NCBI GenBank assembly: GCA_001778695.1
Contig: MFHU01000017.1
Coordinates: 21,214-69,202 of the forward strand
Direction: 5' to 3'
DNA length: 47,989 bases
Origin: Candidatus Giovannonibacteria bacterium RIFCSPHIGHO2_12_FULL_44_22
GTDB lineage: Bacteria > Patescibacteriota > Minisyncoccia > UBA11713 > 2-01-FULL-45-33
Position 1 is the stretch's first letter. Each line of letters begins with the position of its first letter. Positions 35,576 through 45,673 of this stretch are shown in pieces. Position numbers and translations under genes: made by a program. Under the pieces are notes generated by a model, which was not told the DNA's origin, ran no database searches, and saw only the letters and a list, made by a program, of their open reading frames with translations.

Positions 35576-37263
35576 AATTTATAAATAAAAATCGAGCTTC
35601 CGCCCCGAGCAATCGGGGTTTTATTTTTGAGCCAGGAATACGCATCTTCCGGTTTTATTTTTATGTCGCCGATTGGTTTGGCTTGGTTGCCGATTAATGA
35701 ATTAAGCGATACGGCAAAATAAGAATCTTTTGGCGGTGGGCCAAATGACGACCACCAACCTTCGTATCCGTTTCCTAAATAATAATGTGGTGAACCTCCT
35801 CCAAAGTAATCTAAATATATTTTCTGAATATGATTTTTTTCTCTCCATTTGGCTAATCGCCTTAAATCCTGCCCCCAGTCGTAGTTTGAATCTGTCGCAA
35901 TTTTATAACCATTTTGCAATCCTCTGCCCAATTCATTGTAGTAAGAAAGATAATATGGGAAAGTAAAAATAACTTCCGCAAGCATCCAAACCATTATGAG
36001 GGCCGTAAAAATATGCTGTTTAAAATTTACAATTCCCAGCGCAACAAGCAAATAAATAAACGGGAAAGTTGGCAAAACATGCCGGACGCCAATGTTTAAT
36101 GGATTTAAAATAGAAGAAAGCCAGTAAAAGATTATAAAAACTATCGCGGCGATAACGTAAAAATTTTTCTGTTTCCAGATTTTCTCTTTGGTGCTCGTAA
36201 AAATAGCGATTAATGCTAAAAGATATAGTCCCAGTTGTTCTTTGACCAAAGTCAAGATTGGGAAATAAGACCACCAGCCTTTGGAGGAAACTTCGCCCAT
36301 AAAATAAGCTGTGTTCCCACCGGCCGTCCGTCGGGCTACCATCAAAAATCCATAAAAATACTGTCCCAGCGGACGCGTCAGACTATGCTCTACCAGCCAA
36401 AAATCCAGTTTAGCTAGAGACGGATATTTATAGTCGGAAAGAATATAACGGACGTCTTTGATTTGCTGGTCCATCGGATAATTCCACACTTGCCAAATGT
36501 AAACAAAATAAATCACGGCAAATCCAACAAGGCCAATTAAAAAAATCTGGCCGATGAGCTCAGCAAATTCGTAAGTAATTTTGGAGTATTTAAACCAAAT
36601 CCAAAGAAAACCTAAAATTAGATAAAGTGGAGCGAGCAAGAACAATGAAAATTTAAATAAATTAACCAGACCAAAAATAAGTCCGCAATAAATAAGAGAT
36701 TTTTTATCACGCCGCTCCAAAAATTTTAAAAAGAAAATAATTCCCAAAAAAAATCCGAGCGCCGCGCCAATATCAGTCGTCACAAACCTTGAATGCGCCA
36801 AAAAAGTGGGGGAGGTGGCGTAGAAAAATAAAGTCAGAAGCGCGGCTTTATCGCCGAAATTTTTGCGCGCCCACCAAAAAATCAGCCAGCCGAAAAGAAT
36901 CGCCAACAGCATAAATGGCAGCCGCGACCAAAAAAGAATCCGGTCTGCGTTGTTGCCGGCTTCATATAGAAGATAATTGCCGGTGGTCCATTGGCGGTCG
37001 TTGACGTTTTCCATCGTCCAAAATGGCTGTACCGTGATATTTCCTTTCAAGTTTAAAAATATAAGCGGCAACGCGGCCAGGTTTTTTAAAAGTGGGGGAT
37101 GCTCTGGGTTTAATCTGCCATCTTTAAGCATAAGCGAAGTGTATCCAGCCGGAATATGCGCCACTTCGTCAAAAATCGCAGAATCGTTCCATGACGAACC
37201 GAGCATTAGTCCAAACATCACAACCAGCATCAAAACGGCCAAAGTATTCGCAAATTTATCCAT
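35572..37263 (-). CDS. GT-C fold glycosyltransferase (PMT/ArnT-like)
   Basis: DE..HI.AG, NPEHPPL, DSNYDWGQD, many TM segments. Confidence 0.8.
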   Translation of the reverse strand: MDKFANTLAVLMLVVMFGLMLGSSWNDSAIFDEVAHIPAGYTSLMLKDGRLNPEHPPLLKNLAALPLIFLNLKGNITVQPFWTMENVNDRQWTTGNYLLYEAGNNADRILFWSRLPFMLLAILFGWLIFWWARKNFGDKAALLTLFFYATSPTFLAHSRFVTTDIGAALGFFLGIIFFLKFLERRDKKSLIYCGLIFGLVNLFKFSLFLLAPLYLILGFLWIWFKYSKITYEFAELIGQIFLIGLVGFAVIYFVYIWQVWNYPMDQQIKDVRYILSDYKYPSLAKLDFWLVEHSLTRPLGQYFYGFLMVARRTAGGNTAYFMGEVSSKGWWSYFPILTLVKEQLGLYLLALIAIFTSTKEKIWKQKNFYVIAAIVFIIFYWLSSILNPLNIGVRHVLPTFPFIYLLVALGIVNFKQHIFTALIMVWMLAEVIFTFPYYLSYYNELGRGLQNGYKIATDSNYDWGQDLRRLAKWREKNHIQKIYLDYFGGGSPHYYLGNGYEGWWSSFGPPPKDSYFAVSLNSLIGNQAKPIGDIKIKPEDAYSWLKNKTPIARGGSSIFIYKF

Positions 37264-37359
37264 AGTTTTAGTTTAATCCAAAAAACTTCAATATAAAAAT
37301 TGGGTTTGACGTGTTAAATTACTTATGATATTTTAGCAACAGAGAAAGGAGGATAGTAT

Positions 37360-37596
37360 ATGTGGGAAGAAAAAACGCTATACGCGGTATTTTTCAACAG
37401 GCATCACAGGCGTTGCGGTTTTAGAACGGTGCTCGAGAGAGATTATTTTATGAAAGAGGGCATTGAGCAGGAAACAGAAAATAGAAAGGTTTCAAAATAT
37501 CGCGTGTACAAAGAACATCTGCGCCAATACGTTCAGGAGAAAGGTTACGACGCGAAAGTTACCCGCGCGCTGTACCTAAACCAAGAGGCTACGTAA
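37360..37596 (+). CDS. Hypothetical protein, 78 aa
   Basis: TTGACG upstream, SD AAGGAGG, terminator-like hairpin near 37628-37668. Confidence 0.6.
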   Translation: MWEEKTLYAVFFNRHHRRCGFRTVLERDYFMKEGIEQETENRKVSKYRVYKEHLRQYVQEKGYDAKVTRALYLNQEAT

Positions 37597-37698
37597 GCAT
37601 ATCGATTTTATCTTCTTAGAACCACGAATCCCGGGCTTATATCCAAACGGAGGCCTGGGATTTTTTTATTTTTTTAGAATTGATTAATAAAATCAGTT

Positions 37699-37736
37699 GT
37701 CTATACAACCTTTAACGATCGTGTAAAAGTGTATAG
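37699..37736. repeat. Left dyad repeat flanking the PaaX/Cas2-like gene
   Basis: CTATACA-N7-ACGATCGT-N7-TGTATAG. Confidence 0.85.
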
Positions 37737-37765
37737 TATGCTAATATTAGAAATAGTATGAAAAT

Positions 37766-38287
37766 ATGAGTAAATTAAATCTTACTAAATTAGTGTTAAA
37801 AACCATCGACGATTTGGGTATTGCGACCTTAGATTCTTTCTTCCCTAAAAAGTATCCACAAGTGAGAGCGTGGAGGCAACTTTTAGGATTAGATTCGGAT
37901 TATCAATTTAAGCGCCAAACTTTTTCAGTCATTTTAACTAGATTGCAAAAACAAGGCCTAGTAGAGAGAAAAAGTAATAAATGGGGGATAACGAATTTTG
38001 GCAAAAAATTTATCAAAAATATAAAAAAAATTAATGCGCCTACTCTCCCTAAAAAAGATGGGGTTTTAAGGCTTGTAATATTTGATGTTCCAGAGCGTGA
38101 GCGGAGAAAACGCGATTGGCTAAGATTAGAATTGATCGCCTGTGATTTTAAGCCGCTACAGAAAAGCGTGTGGATTGGAAATCGGCCGTTACCTCAAGAT
38201 TTTTTAGAAAATTTAGCTGAATTAAATTTATTACCAAATATTCATATTTTCACAGTACAAAACAAGGGCACTATAAACATTAATTAA
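37766..38287 (+). CDS. PaaX-like protein (winged helix plus Cas2-like domain)
   Basis: LTRLQKQGLVE...ITNFGK winged helix; LVIFDVPE..RRKRD.LR..L....F..LQKSVW. Confidence 0.8.
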   Translation: MSKLNLTKLVLKTIDDLGIATLDSFFPKKYPQVRAWRQLLGLDSDYQFKRQTFSVILTRLQKQGLVERKSNKWGITNFGKKFIKNIKKINAPTLPKKDGVLRLVIFDVPERERRKRDWLRLELIACDFKPLQKSVWIGNRPLPQDFLENLAELNLLPNIHIFTVQNKGTININ

Positions 38288-38292
38288 AACGC

Positions 38293-38330
38293 GTCTATAC
38301 AAATTTATACGATCGTGTGTAAATGTATAG
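38293..38330. repeat. Right dyad repeat flanking the PaaX/Cas2-like gene
   Basis: CTATACA-N7-ACGATCGT-N7-TGTATAG; 31/38 identical to the left copy. Confidence 0.85.
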
Positions 38331-38372
38331 ATAGTATATAGTTATAATTTATTATTTTAGCTCCTGTAGATT

Positions 38373-39917
38373 TTAATAATTTTTTAATACTACAAATCCA
38401 GGACTTATATCTAAGCGAAGATTCGGGATTTTTTGTTTTAAAGTTTTATAAATAGTCGGTTTGGCGTCAATTGGAACTATGATGCATTTTGGGTCGCATT
38501 CTTTAGAGCCGATTTGATTTGCGGTTAAATAATAAATATTTTTCTCCTTCTGTTTTTTCGCAAAAAAAGTGTCAGTAATAAAAATAATCGGCTGAAAAGA
38601 CATCGGCGCCCCGCGCACATCAACTTTGTCCACGGAATCCGTGACAACATATTTTTTAATATCCTTCGGCTGGCCATTTAACCAATTTGCCCTTTCGGTA
38701 ATATCGGTCTCAAAAGCTTCATAAACATTGAAATTGGGCGCCCAGCGGAAAAAATACTGATTAAAAATATAAATTGTGGCGACAATAAAAAAAAGAAAAA
38801 TAAAAATTTTAAGGCTGGATCTGATTTTTCCCCAAAACCACTCTAGCCCCAGAGCGACAAAAATCATGACCGGAGGGATTAAAACAATCGCGCGGAGCGC
38901 GTGCGGAAGAGATTCGTTGGAAAGCGCGACTGGCAAAATCATAACGACAAACCATAATAAAAGAAAAGATTCCGGCCATTTTATTTTTTTTAAAGATAAC
39001 CAAATTCCAATCAAAAATAAAATTCCTATCGGCCACCAGAGCTGTGGAGAACCGGCAAAATTGTGTCGCCAGTTAAAATCTCCAACAAAATTGAACATTC
39101 CCAGAGTTTTTACTAAATTTTCTGAAAATTGGCCAAGCCCCCACACCAATTTGATTGGTGTGGGGGCAAGCGGCTGGGGAATATTAAATATTGATATTGC
39201 TGAAGTGCGCCCTAAAAAATCAGCTGGATTTTGGGCGTAATACCAAAGCAAAGGAAGCGCAGCCAAAAACGCCATAAAAATAAAAAGACCGATTAGGCAG
39301 GGGGCGCAGTAGTTAGATGTCGGACGTCTAAGTTGCCAATTTTTATAAAACTTCCACAATGGCAGTAGCGCGATAATCGGCGTGACGCGGTAGGCGATAT
39401 AACTATGCGCGCCCAAGCCAAGAAGCAATCCGGCTAAAATAAAAATGGATTCTCTTTTTTTTCTTATGCCTAAAAATAAAAAATAAAAACTCCAGATCAA
39501 GAAAAACGGCGCCATAATCGCGCGAAAACCCATCCGCGAAAAATTAATATGCCAAAAAGAAGTTGCCAGAAAAAAAGAAGCAAACAACGCAACGCGCCCT
39601 GAAAACAATTCTTTTGTTAAAAAATAAAGCCCCAGGACTGTAAGTAAGCCAAAAATCGCGCTGGGGAGTCTCAACGCCCAAGGCGTGTGCCCAAAGACCG
39701 CGACTGATAGAGACTGAATATTTATAAAAAGGCCTTCTCTCCCGAAATTTTCAGGATAAAAAATTTTCCATTTATTGCCTTCTAGGGCCTGAATAGTATT
39801 GGTTCCGTTCATGGCTTCGTCGGACCAAAGCCCCGGCGGAGTATTTTTCAGATCATAAAATCTTAAAAAACCGGCAATTAAAATAATCAAAATCAGCCAA
39901 TAAACGGAGTTTTTCAT
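38373..39917 (-). CDS. GT-C fold glycosyltransferase (PMT/ArnT-like)
   Basis: LRFY.L...PPGL..DEA, LRLPSA.FG, WHINFSR; multi-TM. Confidence 0.8.
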   Translation of the reverse strand: MKNSVYWLILIILIAGFLRFYDLKNTPPGLWSDEAMNGTNTIQALEGNKWKIFYPENFGREGLFINIQSLSVAVFGHTPWALRLPSAIFGLLTVLGLYFLTKELFSGRVALFASFFLATSFWHINFSRMGFRAIMAPFFLIWSFYFLFLGIRKKRESIFILAGLLLGLGAHSYIAYRVTPIIALLPLWKFYKNWQLRRPTSNYCAPCLIGLFIFMAFLAALPLLWYYAQNPADFLGRTSAISIFNIPQPLAPTPIKLVWGLGQFSENLVKTLGMFNFVGDFNWRHNFAGSPQLWWPIGILFLIGIWLSLKKIKWPESFLLLWFVVMILPVALSNESLPHALRAIVLIPPVMIFVALGLEWFWGKIRSSLKIFIFLFFIVATIYIFNQYFFRWAPNFNVYEAFETDITERANWLNGQPKDIKKYVVTDSVDKVDVRGAPMSFQPIIFITDTFFAKKQKEKNIYYLTANQIGSKECDPKCIIVPIDAKPTIYKTLKQKIPNLRLDISPGFVVLKNY

Positions 39918-39947
39918 GATTTAATTATAGCATGTTATCATAAACAT

Positions 39948-40352
39948 ATGGTTCAGGAAGCGGTTAATGAAGAAATAAAATGGCTGGAGGAGCGGCTGGA
40001 GGCTAAAAAGAAAGAGCTGGCCGTCGGTGGCGTTGAAGGGCCTGAAAAAGAAATGGTGCGCGAGGTCATAAAAGACGTTTCTTTGGAAAAAACGCCTCCG
40101 CCAACTGGTCCCCATGGCGCTGTCGTAGCTGTTTCGGATGACGCCGCCCAAAAGACGGCTTACGCTCTGAAAGAAAAAGAGCACCGGCAGATTATAGAAG
40201 GGCTGATAAGTTTGGCGTTCGCCCAGGGGCTGGCTATCGCCGTCAAAGCCGCCAATCATTTAAAAAATCCGCATCTCTTGGATGAATTTCACGACGCGCT
40301 GGCAGACAAATATTACGAAAAATTGCTTGCGGCCAGAAAACTTAAAGCATGA
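39948..40352 (+). CDS. Hypothetical protein, 134 aa
   Basis: Stop overlaps the start of the next gene; C-terminal PHLLDEFHDAL. Confidence 0.75.
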   Translation: MVQEAVNEEIKWLEERLEAKKKELAVGGVEGPEKEMVREVIKDVSLEKTPPPTGPHGAVVAVSDDAAQKTAYALKEKEHRQIIEGLISLAFAQGLAIAVKAANHLKNPHLLDEFHDALADKYYEKLLAARKLKA

Positions 40353-42778
40353 ATTCTTTCACTTTTTTTTATATTATTTTGCCGATAGTTTTAGCTTTAG
40401 TCCTCTGGCTTTTGCTTTTTTTCTCTTACCAAAAAAATAAAAAATTGCGAGGCGTGAGTTCGGGGCTGGGGCTGGCGCTTTATTTAATCAGCGCGCCGGA
40501 GAATATCAAGGCCCAAGAAGGCGATGAAATCCAGGCGCTGAAAAATTTCATTACGCAGATGGAGCAATTTTTGAGCGGCCTGGCGACTTTTCAAAGAAAA
40601 GGGCTGGCGGAGAAATTATGGGGCAACCCTTCTTTCGCTTTGGAAATCGCATCGCATAATCGCGGGAGCGAAATTTTTTTCTATATTGCTTTTCCCAGAA
40701 TATACGAAACACTTTTGGCAAATCAGTTGCACGGCGCCTTTCCGGACGCCAAAATGGAAAAAGTTCCTGATTATAATATTTTTAATGTTGAGGGAGCTAC
40801 TGCTGGAGCTCTTGTGTTAAGCGCAGAATCCCAAATCCTGCCGATAAAAACATACGCTAAATTGGGGGTTGACCCATTGGGAGCAATTACCGCGGCGTTT
40901 TCTAAAATAAAAGAATATGGCGAGGGAGCGGCGCTTCAGATAACGCTAAGAGCTGGCGGCGAAAGCATAAAAAAACGTGCGCACATGGCGGCCCAAAAAA
41001 TAAAAGAAGGGATTTCCCGCAAAGATGTTTTGGGCGGAAAAGGCCTGTGGGGCGCGTTTATAGATATACTTTCCGGAAAAATGGAGAAAGGAAAAGAATC
41101 CGCCGGCGGGCGGACTTCGGCTTACGACGAAGAATTGGCTAAGCTCTTTGAGGAGAAAGCCGGCAAGATAATTTTTGAATGCAATATCCGCATTCTGGCT
41201 TCGGCCGCCAAAAGCCGAGAGGCCGACGGGCTTTTAAAAAACATTGGCGCGAGCTTTCTACAATTTAACAATCCGGAAGGCAGCGGTTTTAAAATAAAGG
41301 AGCTTTCAGGAAAAGCTTTGAGAAAATTAGTTGAAAATTTTTCTTTTAGGTTGTTTGACGAAAAAAATATTGTAAATTTGAATGTTGAAGAAATCGCGAG
41401 CATTTATCATTTGCCTTTTTCAACAAAATCGGCTCCAATGGTGCGCACCCTAAAAGCGCGCGAGGCGGCTCCGCCGGTTAATCTTCCAAAAGACGGCCTT
41501 TCAATCGGCGTGAGCAAATACCGCGACGAAGAGCGCGAGGTGCGGATTAAAAAAGACGACAGACGCAGGCATTTTTATTCAATCGGCCAGACTGGCACTG
41601 GTAAATCCACGTTAATGCAAAAAATGATTATTCAAGATATTCAAAACGGGGAGGGAGTTTGCGTCATTGATCCGCACGGGGATTTGATTGATAAAATTTT
41701 AGGGCATGTACCGAAGGAGCGCGCGAATGATGTTATTGTTTTTGATCCGGGAGACATACAGCATCCGATGGGCCTCAATATGCTTGAATATGATCCAAAA
41801 TATCCAGAACAAAAAAGCCTGATAGTCAACGAACTTTTTGAGATTTTCAACAAGCTTTTTAATATGTCTGTCGCCGGAGGCCCGATGTTTGAGCAATATT
41901 TCAGAAATTCCACATCGCTCGTTATGGAAGACCCGGAAAGCGGGAACACGCTTTTGGAAATTTCAAGAGTTTTGTCGGATAAAACGTTTAGGGATTATAA
42001 GATTTCAAAATCAAAAAATATCGTTGTCAACGCGTTTTGGCAGCAGATCGCGGAAAAAGCAAGCGGCGAATCGGCTCTCGCCAGCATGGTGCCTTACGTC
42101 GTATCAAAAATAGACACGTTTTTGTCAAATGAAATTTTGCGGCCGATTATCGCTCAGGAAAAATCAGCTTTTAATATTCGCGACGTTATGGACCAAAGAA
42201 AAATTTTGTTTTTGAATCTTTCCAAGGGAAAATTGGGAGAGCTCAATTCAAGCCTTTTGGGGCTCATTATGGTGGGGAAAATTTTGATGGCGTCGCTTTC
42301 GCGCGTTGACACGCCGGAGGACGAACGAAAAGACTTTTATCTTTATATTGATGAATTCCAAAATGTTACGACGAAATCAATCGCTACAATTCTTTCCGAA
42401 GCAAGAAAATATAAATTGAATATGACAATTACACACCAATTTATCGGACAGTTGGAAGAAGACATAAAAAAAGCGGTTTTTGGAAACGTCGGCACGATGT
42501 GTTCATTCCGCATCGGTTCGGACGACGGAGAATATATGGAAAAACAATTCGCGCCCGTGTTTGCGGCGAACGACTTGCTCAATATTGATAATCTGAACGC
42601 TTATGTTAAGCTTTTAATTGACGGCCAAACCTCAAAGCCGTTTAATATGTTTATTCCTTTTCCTCCAAAGGGTTCGGCCGAAATCGCGCAATATCTTAAA
42701 GACCTCTCCCGCCAAAAATACTCCCGCCCGAGAGAGGAGGTGGAAGAAGAAATCAGGCGTAGGCATCAGGCTTTATGA
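40349..42778 (+). CDS. Membrane-anchored VirD4/TraD/HerA-like ATPase
   Basis: N-terminal TM; DRRRH.Y.IGQTGTGKST Walker A, IDPHGDL, LYIDEFQN, LSEARKY, HQF..QL. Confidence 0.85.
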   Translation: MNSFTFFYIILPIVLALVLWLLLFFSYQKNKKLRGVSSGLGLALYLISAPENIKAQEGDEIQALKNFITQMEQFLSGLATFQRKGLAEKLWGNPSFALEIASHNRGSEIFFYIAFPRIYETLLANQLHGAFPDAKMEKVPDYNIFNVEGATAGALVLSAESQILPIKTYAKLGVDPLGAITAAFSKIKEYGEGAALQITLRAGGESIKKRAHMAAQKIKEGISRKDVLGGKGLWGAFIDILSGKMEKGKESAGGRTSAYDEELAKLFEEKAGKIIFECNIRILASAAKSREADGLLKNIGASFLQFNNPEGSGFKIKELSGKALRKLVENFSFRLFDEKNIVNLNVEEIASIYHLPFSTKSAPMVRTLKAREAAPPVNLPKDGLSIGVSKYRDEEREVRIKKDDRRRHFYSIGQTGTGKSTLMQKMIIQDIQNGEGVCVIDPHGDLIDKILGHVPKERANDVIVFDPGDIQHPMGLNMLEYDPKYPEQKSLIVNELFEIFNKLFNMSVAGGPMFEQYFRNSTSLVMEDPESGNTLLEISRVLSDKTFRDYKISKSKNIVVNAFWQQIAEKASGESALASMVPYVVSKIDTFLSNEILRPIIAQEKSAFNIRDVMDQRKILFLNLSKGKLGELNSSLLGLIMVGKILMASLSRVDTPEDERKDFYLYIDEFQNVTTKSIATILSEARKYKLNMTITHQFIGQLEEDIKKAVFGNVGTMCSFRIGSDDGEYMEKQFAPVFAANDLLNIDNLNAYVKLLIDGQTSKPFNMFIPFPPKGSAEIAQYLKDLSRQKYSRPREEVEEEIRRRHQAL

Positions 42779-43452
42779 TTATTAAAAAGGATTATTTAAT
42801 CGGGGCGGTTGCGGGGTTTTTTACGGGAGCGCTCGCGCTGGTTATTTTAAGTTTTTTGAAAATTTCTTTCCCTTATCAGTATATTATCGCTTTGGTTTTT
42901 ATTCCGATTCTTTGGGCGGCGGGGGTCTGGTTTGGCGATTTTCTTGGGGCGCGCGCCAAGCCGTTTTTCTCGCAATTCGGGCGCTACGCGGCCGCCGGAT
43001 TTCTCTCTACCGCGATTGATTTTTCGGTCTTAAATTTTACAAGCTATATCACGGGCGTAACGGCCGGCGTCATAGTCGGCTGGGTTAACGCGCCGGGGTT
43101 TTTAATCGCGGTTATAAACGGCTATTTATGGAATAAGCTTTGGGTTTTCGCGCCCCAAACCAGGTTTAGGTCACTTACTGACCCAAACCTGGTTTGGGTC
43201 AAAACCGGGCTTTTTGCGGATTTCCCGAAATTTCTCGCCGTTGGCATCGGCGGGCTTATCATCAACAGTGTTCTTATTATAGCGCTTACAACCTACGCGC
43301 CCGTTTCAATAATTTCCGCTGTAGGGCCGTCAAAATGGCTGAATGTTGCAAAATTTATCGCCAATATCGCGGTGATTATCTGGAATTTTCTTGGTTTTAA
43401 ATTTTTTGTATTTTCCGCCAAAGGTGGATCCGCCTCTGGCGGAAAAAAATAA
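42775..43452 (+). CDS. GtrA-family membrane protein
   Basis: QFGRY...GF..T.IDF, NGYLWNKLWVF, WNFLGFKFFVF. Confidence 0.85.
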   Translation: MIIKKDYLIGAVAGFFTGALALVILSFLKISFPYQYIIALVFIPILWAAGVWFGDFLGARAKPFFSQFGRYAAAGFLSTAIDFSVLNFTSYITGVTAGVIVGWVNAPGFLIAVINGYLWNKLWVFAPQTRFRSLTDPNLVWVKTGLFADFPKFLAVGIGGLIINSVLIIALTTYAPVSIISAVGPSKWLNVAKFIANIAVIIWNFLGFKFFVFSAKGGSASGGKK

Positions 43453-43453
43453 T

Positions 43454-44479
43454 ATGTCACAAGTTTTTTACAGGAAATATCGTCCGCAGAGTTTTGAAGA
43501 TGTGGCGGGGCAGGAAAACACCGTCAAAATTTTAAAAAACGCTGTTGCAAAAAAGCGGATTGCTCACGCCTATCTTTTTTCCGGCCCCCGAGGCACCGGA
43601 AAAACCACTGTGGCCAGAATTTTAGCCCGTGAAGCAGGCTCGGCTGAAGAAGATATTATTGAAATTGACGCCGCCTCTTCGCGCGGAATAGACGAAGCAA
43701 GGGCTTTACGGGAGGCCGTGCGCATGGTTCCGTTCCGCTCTCAATATAAAACTTATATCATTGACGAAGTGCATATGCTGACCAAGGAATCTTTCAACGC
43801 GCTTTTAAAAACTTTGGAGGAGCCGCCGGAGCACGCCATTTTTATTTTGGCCACCACCGAGCTCGCCAAAGTTCCGGATACGATTGTCTCTCGCACCCAG
43901 CATTTTCAATTTAATAAAATCGCGATTCCGGATATAGTCGGAGAGCTTAAAAAAATATCTTCGGAAGAAAAACTCGTAGCAGAAGACGACGCTTTAAAAC
44001 TTATCGCTTTTTTCGCGGACGGCTCCTTGCGGGACGCCGAAAATATTTTATTCCAAATAGCGAGCGGGGGAGAAAAAAATATCAAAGAGAAGGATGCGCG
44101 GATGCTTTTGGGGGCGCCGGAGGAGGAAAGCGTGGAAAAAATAATAAAAGCCGCTTTTGGGAAAAATGTTGAAGAAGTTTTGAAACTTTTGGATAAAGTT
44201 TTGGAGGAGGGGATTGATCCGGCGCTTTTGGGCAAGTTGCTTTTGCGGAGTTTGCGGGCAATTTATTTTTTGGCGCTTGACCCTAAAACGGAGCGTTTTT
44301 TGGAACGCGAATTTTCTTCCGATGAGATTGAGTCATTTAAATCAATGGTTCCGGCGGATGCGGGATGCGCCGAACAAGCCCTTCGTCAAATAATGGAATC
44401 ATTAGACATCCACACCGACGACTATTCCGCTTCTTTGCCTCTGGAACTCGCGTTAATTAAAATCGCGACGTATAAATAA
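43454..44479 (+). CDS. dnaX: DNA polymerase III subunit gamma/tau
   Basis: YRKYRPQSF, GPRGTGKTT, IIDEVHML, NALLKTLEEPP; start at ATG 43454. Confidence 0.95.
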   Translation: MSQVFYRKYRPQSFEDVAGQENTVKILKNAVAKKRIAHAYLFSGPRGTGKTTVARILAREAGSAEEDIIEIDAASSRGIDEARALREAVRMVPFRSQYKTYIIDEVHMLTKESFNALLKTLEEPPEHAIFILATTELAKVPDTIVSRTQHFQFNKIAIPDIVGELKKISSEEKLVAEDDALKLIAFFADGSLRDAENILFQIASGGEKNIKEKDARMLLGAPEEESVEKIIKAAFGKNVEEVLKLLDKVLEEGIDPALLGKLLLRSLRAIYFLALDPKTERFLEREFSSDEIESFKSMVPADAGCAEQALRQIMESLDIHTDDYSASLPLELALIKIATYK

Positions 44480-45091
44480 CTAGTAACTAACAAAACGGCC
44501 GATAGATGCTTTTCCGCGGAGATCAGTGATAAAAGTGTTGGCTTCAGCGCTGAATTTTTGCTGGCGGAGCTGATTTTGGACATTTTTCCTAAAATCGGCT
44601 TCCTGGCCCTTCGGCGGGGTGAGTTTGTTATCTGTAATAAATTTATCTATATCCGCATCAGCAACTTGAACTTTATCCGAAAGTATTTTTTCCAGCTCTT
44701 TCTGAGTTGTTACCTGTTTGATTAAATCGTCTTTCGTCATATTTCTCATAGAAAGCGCTTGATCCAATGTTTGACCTTGGGTTTTTACCTGCCCCTCTAT
44801 ATCTTTTAAAACAGCGTCTATTTCTTCTTGTGGAACGAAAATACCCTTTCTTTTAGCTTCGCCGTTAATAAGCTTCTCTGTAATAAGATTATCAAGAACT
44901 GCCTTTCCGGATTGTTTTTCAAGCATACTGATAACTGACAACCTGCTGATAGGCGAACCATTCACCGTTGCTGCGATAAAGAGTCCCTTATACATATATC
45001 CGAGCACGGCTATAATTACTGCCGCCAAGACAAGAAAAGACCTAAAATTAATAATCTTTTTGCTAAAAACAGACTTTATATAGTTGTTCAT
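44480..45091 (-). CDS. SurA N-terminal-domain / PrsA-like chaperone
   Basis: TM then AATVNGSPIS, LDNLITEKLI..EAK..GI, L..KA.I; no PPIase domain evident. Confidence 0.75.
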   Translation of the reverse strand: MNNYIKSVFSKKIINFRSFLVLAAVIIAVLGYMYKGLFIAATVNGSPISRLSVISMLEKQSGKAVLDNLITEKLINGEAKRKGIFVPQEEIDAVLKDIEGQVKTQGQTLDQALSMRNMTKDDLIKQVTTQKELEKILSDKVQVADADIDKFITDNKLTPPKGQEADFRKNVQNQLRQQKFSAEANTFITDLRGKASIGRFVSY

Positions 45092-45236
45092 AGGTATTAG
45101 TATACTATATATAAAAAAATGAAGAGTGTGCATAGCGTGATGCAAAACTATTGAACCATGACGCGGTCTAGATATTTTTAGAAACATATGTTAAACTTAT
45201 ATTAGAAAAATTGAGATTGAAACCCAAAAAGAGGAG

Positions 45237-45602
45237 GTGAGTTTAATGCGCGATTATAAAGATGCGGAAAATGCATTCATTTTTCTGGCTTGCAATGGAC
45301 TGCGATTAAGGCTGCTTAATTTTCAATATGAAGCATACCGTTGCGATCAAAAATTTTCCGACCAGAAATGGATTACTGAAAATTTCGGCAAAGATTCACG
45401 GATTTTTACGCTCATGTGCCAATTTAAATGGTTTGAGCTTTTCTCAAATGAAGAGTGGCTAGATCTCCTCAAAATTGCTGAAAAATTTAATGAACTTTTA
45501 GATAGGAGTCTCGCCAAGCATATTGAAATCATCGCAAAATATTTTCCAACCGAAGTGCTGGAAGTTCCGGGCTTTCGTCCGCCAATAGGATTTATGCATT
45601 AA
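45237..45602 (+). CDS. Hypothetical protein, 121 aa
   Basis: GAGGAGG near the start; terminator-like hairpin follows. Confidence 0.55.
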   Translation: MSLMRDYKDAENAFIFLACNGLRLRLLNFQYEAYRCDQKFSDQKWITENFGKDSRIFTLMCQFKWFELFSNEEWLDLLKIAEKFNELLDRSLAKHIEIIAKYFPTEVLEVPGFRPPIGFMH

Positions 45603-45673
45603 TTAGCGCGCCTATTTTTCGCGAATCGCGGAGGACGGGCTTTTTTATTTTATCAATTATATGAATCTGGGAT

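Noticed and set aside
37699-38330. CRISPR array or cas locus
   Set aside because: Only two repeats, separated by a whole gene; no cas1 or spacer-sized units in the window.
40349-42778. Conjugative element suggested by the VirD4/TraD-like ATPase
   Set aside because: No relaxase, mating-pair or integrase genes; it is coupled to gtrA-dnaX like a resident gene.
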